From positions 12,710,001-12,774,000 of the forward strand of contig CM120649.1 in NCBI GenBank assembly GCA_051362555.1: a stretch of 64,000 nucleotides of DNA, given 5' to 3'. The notes beneath the pieces are model-generated. The model had not been told where the DNA came from. It made no database searches and saw only the letters and a program-made list of their open reading frames with translations. The DNA is from Lingula anatina (Eukaryota > Animalia > Brachiopoda). Shown one piece after another: positions 60,501-64,000 of this stretch (position 1 is its first letter; each line of letters begins with the position of its first letter). The translations under genes were made by a program, and so were the position numbers.

Positions 60501-63176
60501 CCTTTGACCTACTTTTCACCATGAACTGAATTTTGCAAATTTTGCTTCCCTTTTATCTCCAAAACTGGCTGAGATAGGTCCATAGTTACTATTGAACTTG
60601 AATAGGAAGTCATATACTGGCAATCTAAATGTGACCTTGAAATTGACCTTTGACCTACTTTTCACCATGAACTGAACTTTGCAAATTTTGCTTTCCTTTT
60701 ATCTCCAAAACTGGCTGAGATAGGTCCATAGTTACTATTGAACTTGAAAAGGAAGACATATACTGGCAATCTAAATGTGACCTTAAAATTGACCTTTGAC
60801 CTACTTTACACCATAAACTGAATTTTGCAAATTTTGCTTTCCTTGTTTCTCCAAAACTGGCTGAGATAGGTCCGTAGTTACTATTGAACTTGAATAGGAA
60901 GTCATATACTGGCATTATAAATGTGACATTAAAATTGACCTTTGACCTACTTTACACCATGAACTGAACTTTGCAAATTTTGCTTCCCTTTTATCTCCAA
61001 AACTGGCAGAGATAGGTCCATAGTTACTATTGAACTTGAATAGAAAGTCATATACTGGCAATCTAAATGTGACCTTGAAATTGACCTTTGACCTACTTTT
61101 TATCATGAACTGAACTCTGCTAATTTCTTTCTCTTTTAACTTCAAACTTGACAGAAATAGGTCCATAGTTACTCTTGTTTATTTATTTATTCATTAATAA
61201 TTTATTTATTTATTTATTTCCTGGTTTCTATTTTCAGCTTGAGGGACATAGACCTTGGCTTTGTGGTGGTCATAGACAGACGCAATGACAAATGGAGCTC
61301 TGTGAAAACCATCCTGCTCAGGATATCTGTGAGTTCAACGGTCTTGTTGATGATGTTTTTCAGTAACTCTGCTTTTACGCCTTGTTGGCCATTGTTGTAT
61401 GTATGTATTACATAATTCATCACCTTATAACATGAATTATCATTTATCTTGAATAGATGTGGGGTCAGATTTTCATCGGTATTTGTTACAATAACTATTG
61501 CTATTTACATTGCCTTATTTGAATCCTCACATAACTCTGACACATTTTCCTACAATAGAAAATTTGAACAAGAAATTTGACTAATTTTTATCAGAGCTAA
61601 TGCCATGTATGATTTCTAGTATTTATTGTATGATATTTCAGACCTTTTTTCTTCTCTTGCAGACATTCTTCCCAGCTCTTATCCAAGTAGCATATATAGT
61701 CAAGCCTGCTGGCTTCTTCCAGAAACACATCTCCGACATTGGATACAAGTCTGTGAAAGAAGATTGTAAATTTGAGGTTAGCAGGCCTATACATACACAG
61801 AGAAATAGAATAAAGAGAAAACATCATCGACAGTTTTCAAGCAAAATGCAAATTTATTTTGGCTTTTTGGACAGTGTGGTCTAAAGTGACATTTTCTGGA
61901 CATCAAACTTGTTGGTAAATTTGTTTGAAAACTTGTCTGATGGTGGCATCTGATTCATGATTATAAAAGTGATTCCTGGCATGTAAGTGTGTATGTGTGT
62001 GCACGCGCACGCATGCGCGCGTTTGTGTTGGGGGGGAAGAAATGTCCTTTTTGGGACAATTTTGATTAAAGAGGGACAAGTCTGAATCAAAATTTCATCT
62101 GTTAGGTTATGCCATTTTCAAATTGGAATTAATTGGGAGGTTGGGCGGGGGGGGAGAAGATAAAGTATATACATTAATCAAATATTTTAGCATAAGCCCA
62201 ACCACCATAAAGCTCAATTCTCATACATGTATGCTCGCTGTATTTCAGGTTATAATGTGCAATAATGTCCAGGAGTTGTACAGTCATATAGACAGGGACC
62301 AGTTAACACAGGACCTGGGAGGCCTTATAGCCTACGATCACGCCGAGTGGATACAGCAGAGAGCCGTAAGTATGGCAGGAGATGAGAAGGCATGGACTTG
62401 TGTGCTGCCCCCTTTTGTTCACCGTGGCTTTGTTTTCCATGAAAAACCCAAATAGAAATCCTGGTTGTTTTTGTTTCTCTTTTTAGTGACTTGATGAAAT
62501 GAAAAGTAAGCAAGTGATAATTAATAAAAGATACATAATTAAATAAAGAGAGAAATGAAAAATAAATAGGTATCAGTATTTATTGTTAGGATAATAAATG
62601 GTTAAACATCACAAAAAAAATACTCTTAGACCCCATTTCCATAGATTTTAGATCGATCTATCCCTGTGGGGAGTCTCACTAGATTACTGTCAGCTTTGGC
62701 AGCTTAAGCGTCTGTCCCGCCTACTGAAAGCTGTAAGGGGGTAATTAACTATGGTGCGCGCTTGGCAGACTGCAATTTAGCGTGAACCCCCAGGGAGTTA
62801 GGTCGATCTAAATCTTAATCTCTGGATCGATCTAAATCTGTGGGAATACACCCTTATGTTTGTGGTATATCCTGCATATTTTGCTAATTTTCCAGGCCAT
62901 AGAAAAATTCTCTGCTAACACCCACCATGTCTCAGGTCAGCTACAGCAATGCACAGAACGCCTCAGCGAAACTGAGCTCCCCAATGATGTCGCGGGGACA
63001 GAGGCCCTTCTCCGAGATCACGGCCTAGAGCGTATGGAGGTGAAGGAGGAGTTGAAAAGCGTCGTAGAGCACGGAGAAACGTTGCTCAGTTGTATTCGTG
63101 AGCCAGAGCTGGAAAGTGGACAGGCGGAAATGGTGCTAAGTGTGTCAAAAGTAGTGCATGTGACTGCAGTGGAAAG
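53434..63176 (+). CDS. MCF2L: MCF2L/DBS-family Rho guanine nucleotide exchange factor, N-terminal SEC14 (CRAL-TRIO) and spectrin-like region; first coding exon uncertain, gene continues beyond the right edge
   Basis: Exons 53434-53517 (DYVMGETRCELTVLDVAETLQQRYAFISG), 54385-54499 (GRSRDGCPIMSLPD...VVTYLCSIP), 61238-61328 (GFVVVIDRRNDKWSSVKTILLRI), 61663-61776 (FPALIQVAYIVKPAGFFQKHISDIG), 62249-62365 (IDRDQLTQDLGGLIAYDHAEWIQQR), 62896-63176 (AIEKF...ETELPNDV...). Collinear with vertebrate MCF2L/MCF2L2/MCF2 motifs. Confidence 0.9.
56177..56368. mobile_element. Palindromic MITE (~190 bp)
   Basis: Long near-perfect arms GGCTTCGTTCACATGGAATGTCTATTTTCTAAA... / ...TTTAGAAAATAGACATTGCATGTGAATGAAGCC, flanked by TA (TTA / TAA). 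Confidence 0.8.
57427..58382 (-). mobile_element. 5'-truncated non-LTR retrotransposon (L1/Tx1-like ORF2 C-terminus with zf-RVT CCHC finger)
   Basis: Stop-free frame down to 57643 (RWFQYRLVHRILGTN...CVFC..EEETFVHLFWEC..W); short 3' UTR; poly(A)/(TAAA)n tail at 57427-~57582; 13-bp TSD GAAACTGAAAACT at 57414-57426 and 58383-58395; related empty site in the other HINE at ~17582. Confidence 0.9.
58797..61153. repeat. 146-bp tandem satellite array, ~16 highly similar copies
   Basis: Unit ATCTCCAAAACTGGCxGAGATAGGTCCxTAGTTACTATTGAACTTGAATAGGAAGTCATATACTGGCAATCTAAATGTGACCTTxAAATTGACCTTTGACCTACTTT...; the ORF track repeats with 146/292-bp periodicity. Confidence 0.97.
62629..62853. mobile_element. 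PIF/Harbinger-like MITE (~225 bp)
   Basis: Imperfect inverted arms ATTTCCATAGATTTTAGATCGATC / GATCGATCTAAATCTGTGGGAAT; TTA direct repeat at 62626-62628 and 62854-62856. Confidence 0.65.
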
Positions 63177-64000
63177 GTAATTTATTGCATTGTGTGTGTG
63201 TGTGTGCGTGTGCGCATATGTGTGCGTGTATTAAATGGTATGTACTGTCACATACATACGTATTACGCACATTATGTATATTTGCATGTTAGGTATTTTA
63301 TGAATATGATTGAGAGTGGGATACACATGTGACATTTGTTAATTATAAGAAGTCAGTGTATTAATATGTGAAAGATAGCAAAGAAACTAAGTTTTAAATT
63401 GATATGAGTGCAGTAGAGAATATAACTCAAGGCAAGGAATTATGGATGCATGCGTACAGTCGTGTGCGTATACATGTGTTTGTACCATACACGTGTCTTG
63501 GCACGTGTCTGCTTTATGTAAGAGTTTTTAAGCATTCATGAATATGACTTGGTGGTTGTGAGAGGTTTTCACCTTTGGGGGCCATGAATGCTGGTATATA
63601 AAAACACTTACTAATAGCTAAAGTTTGATGCTGAATAATATAGCTTTCTTGAGTGCCTTGATGTGCCTAGTGTATAATAATTATAATTATTCTCATATTA
63701 TATCGAGGCATCTTGGGACTTTCTTTAATTCCATTAACAATATCTATCTAAATCTTTCACATTTAATTGAGCCTAATATGAAACATTGACTCCTTTTTAC
63801 CTTTAATAGTCATAAGTTTCCCTATGCTATAAATGGTAACGTTACAGTTGTATCAAAAACAAAGTGAGACTAAATAATTCATCTTATGCATTAAAAATAT
63901 TGTAAAAAATGGGAATTGGTAGATCTTTTGCATTTGACTGTGGAATAACAGCTGTAGATGTGGATTTGATAAATATTGATCAGGTGATGGATTGATGAGT

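Larger units (their letters stand above)
56818..61153 (+). mobile_element. Second Helentron/HINE-like element (diverged relative of 16956-18510), 3'-truncated, with an expanded satellite and a nested LINE
   Basis: Same 5' subTIR hairpin GTACCACCAGCG-ttag-CGCTGGCGGTAC (56821-56848), GCTCCGCCG repeats and a core alignable to 17100-17770. No 3' subTIR is visible after the array. Confidence 0.8.

Noticed and set aside
58877-61166. Repeated 86-101-aa ORFs, or a CRISPR-like array
   Set aside because: They are translations of the 146-bp satellite. Units are repeated in full with no unique spacers, there are no cas genes, and the context is eukaryotic.
53434-63176. Assignment to SESTD1, TRIO/kalirin or PLEKHG4
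   Set aside because: Motifs IDRRNDKWSSVK, PAGFFQKHISDIG, QLTQDLGG and ETELPNDV follow MCF2L/DBS most closely; the DH-PH domain lies outside the window, so a phylogeny would finalise this.

Overview
AT-rich, intron-rich animal genomic DNA, most consistent with a lophotrochozoan, probably a mollusc (inferred from gene structure and repeat types). Splicing exons by hand gives four tightly packed genes in two head-to-head pairs. (1) WDR44/rabphilin-11 on the minus strand (ATG 6992, runs off the left edge). (2) A complete FMR1/FXR orthologue on the plus strand (7280-28899, ~764-787 aa). (3) A complete TCTEX1D2/DYNLT2B on the minus strand (34551-32423, 131 aa). (4) The SEC14/spectrin N-terminal half of an MCF2L/DBS-family RhoGEF on the plus strand, running off the right edge. 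Introns hold two related Helentron/HINE-like elements with a 146-bp satellite (about 3 vs about 16 copies), a young 5'-truncated L1/Tx1-type LINE nested in one of them, a hAT-like element with a 5-bp TSD, several small MITEs and microsatellites. The most unusual signal is recurrent tandem duplication of splice sites together with the adjacent exon edge in three of the four genes, some forming in-frame microexon-like units. Other notable signals are mirrored CAAGATGG motifs plus a ZNF143-like site in the divergent promoters, RFX/forkhead motifs, and satellite-borne arrays of nuclear-receptor DR1 sites. No tools were run: all homology calls come from recognising translated motifs.
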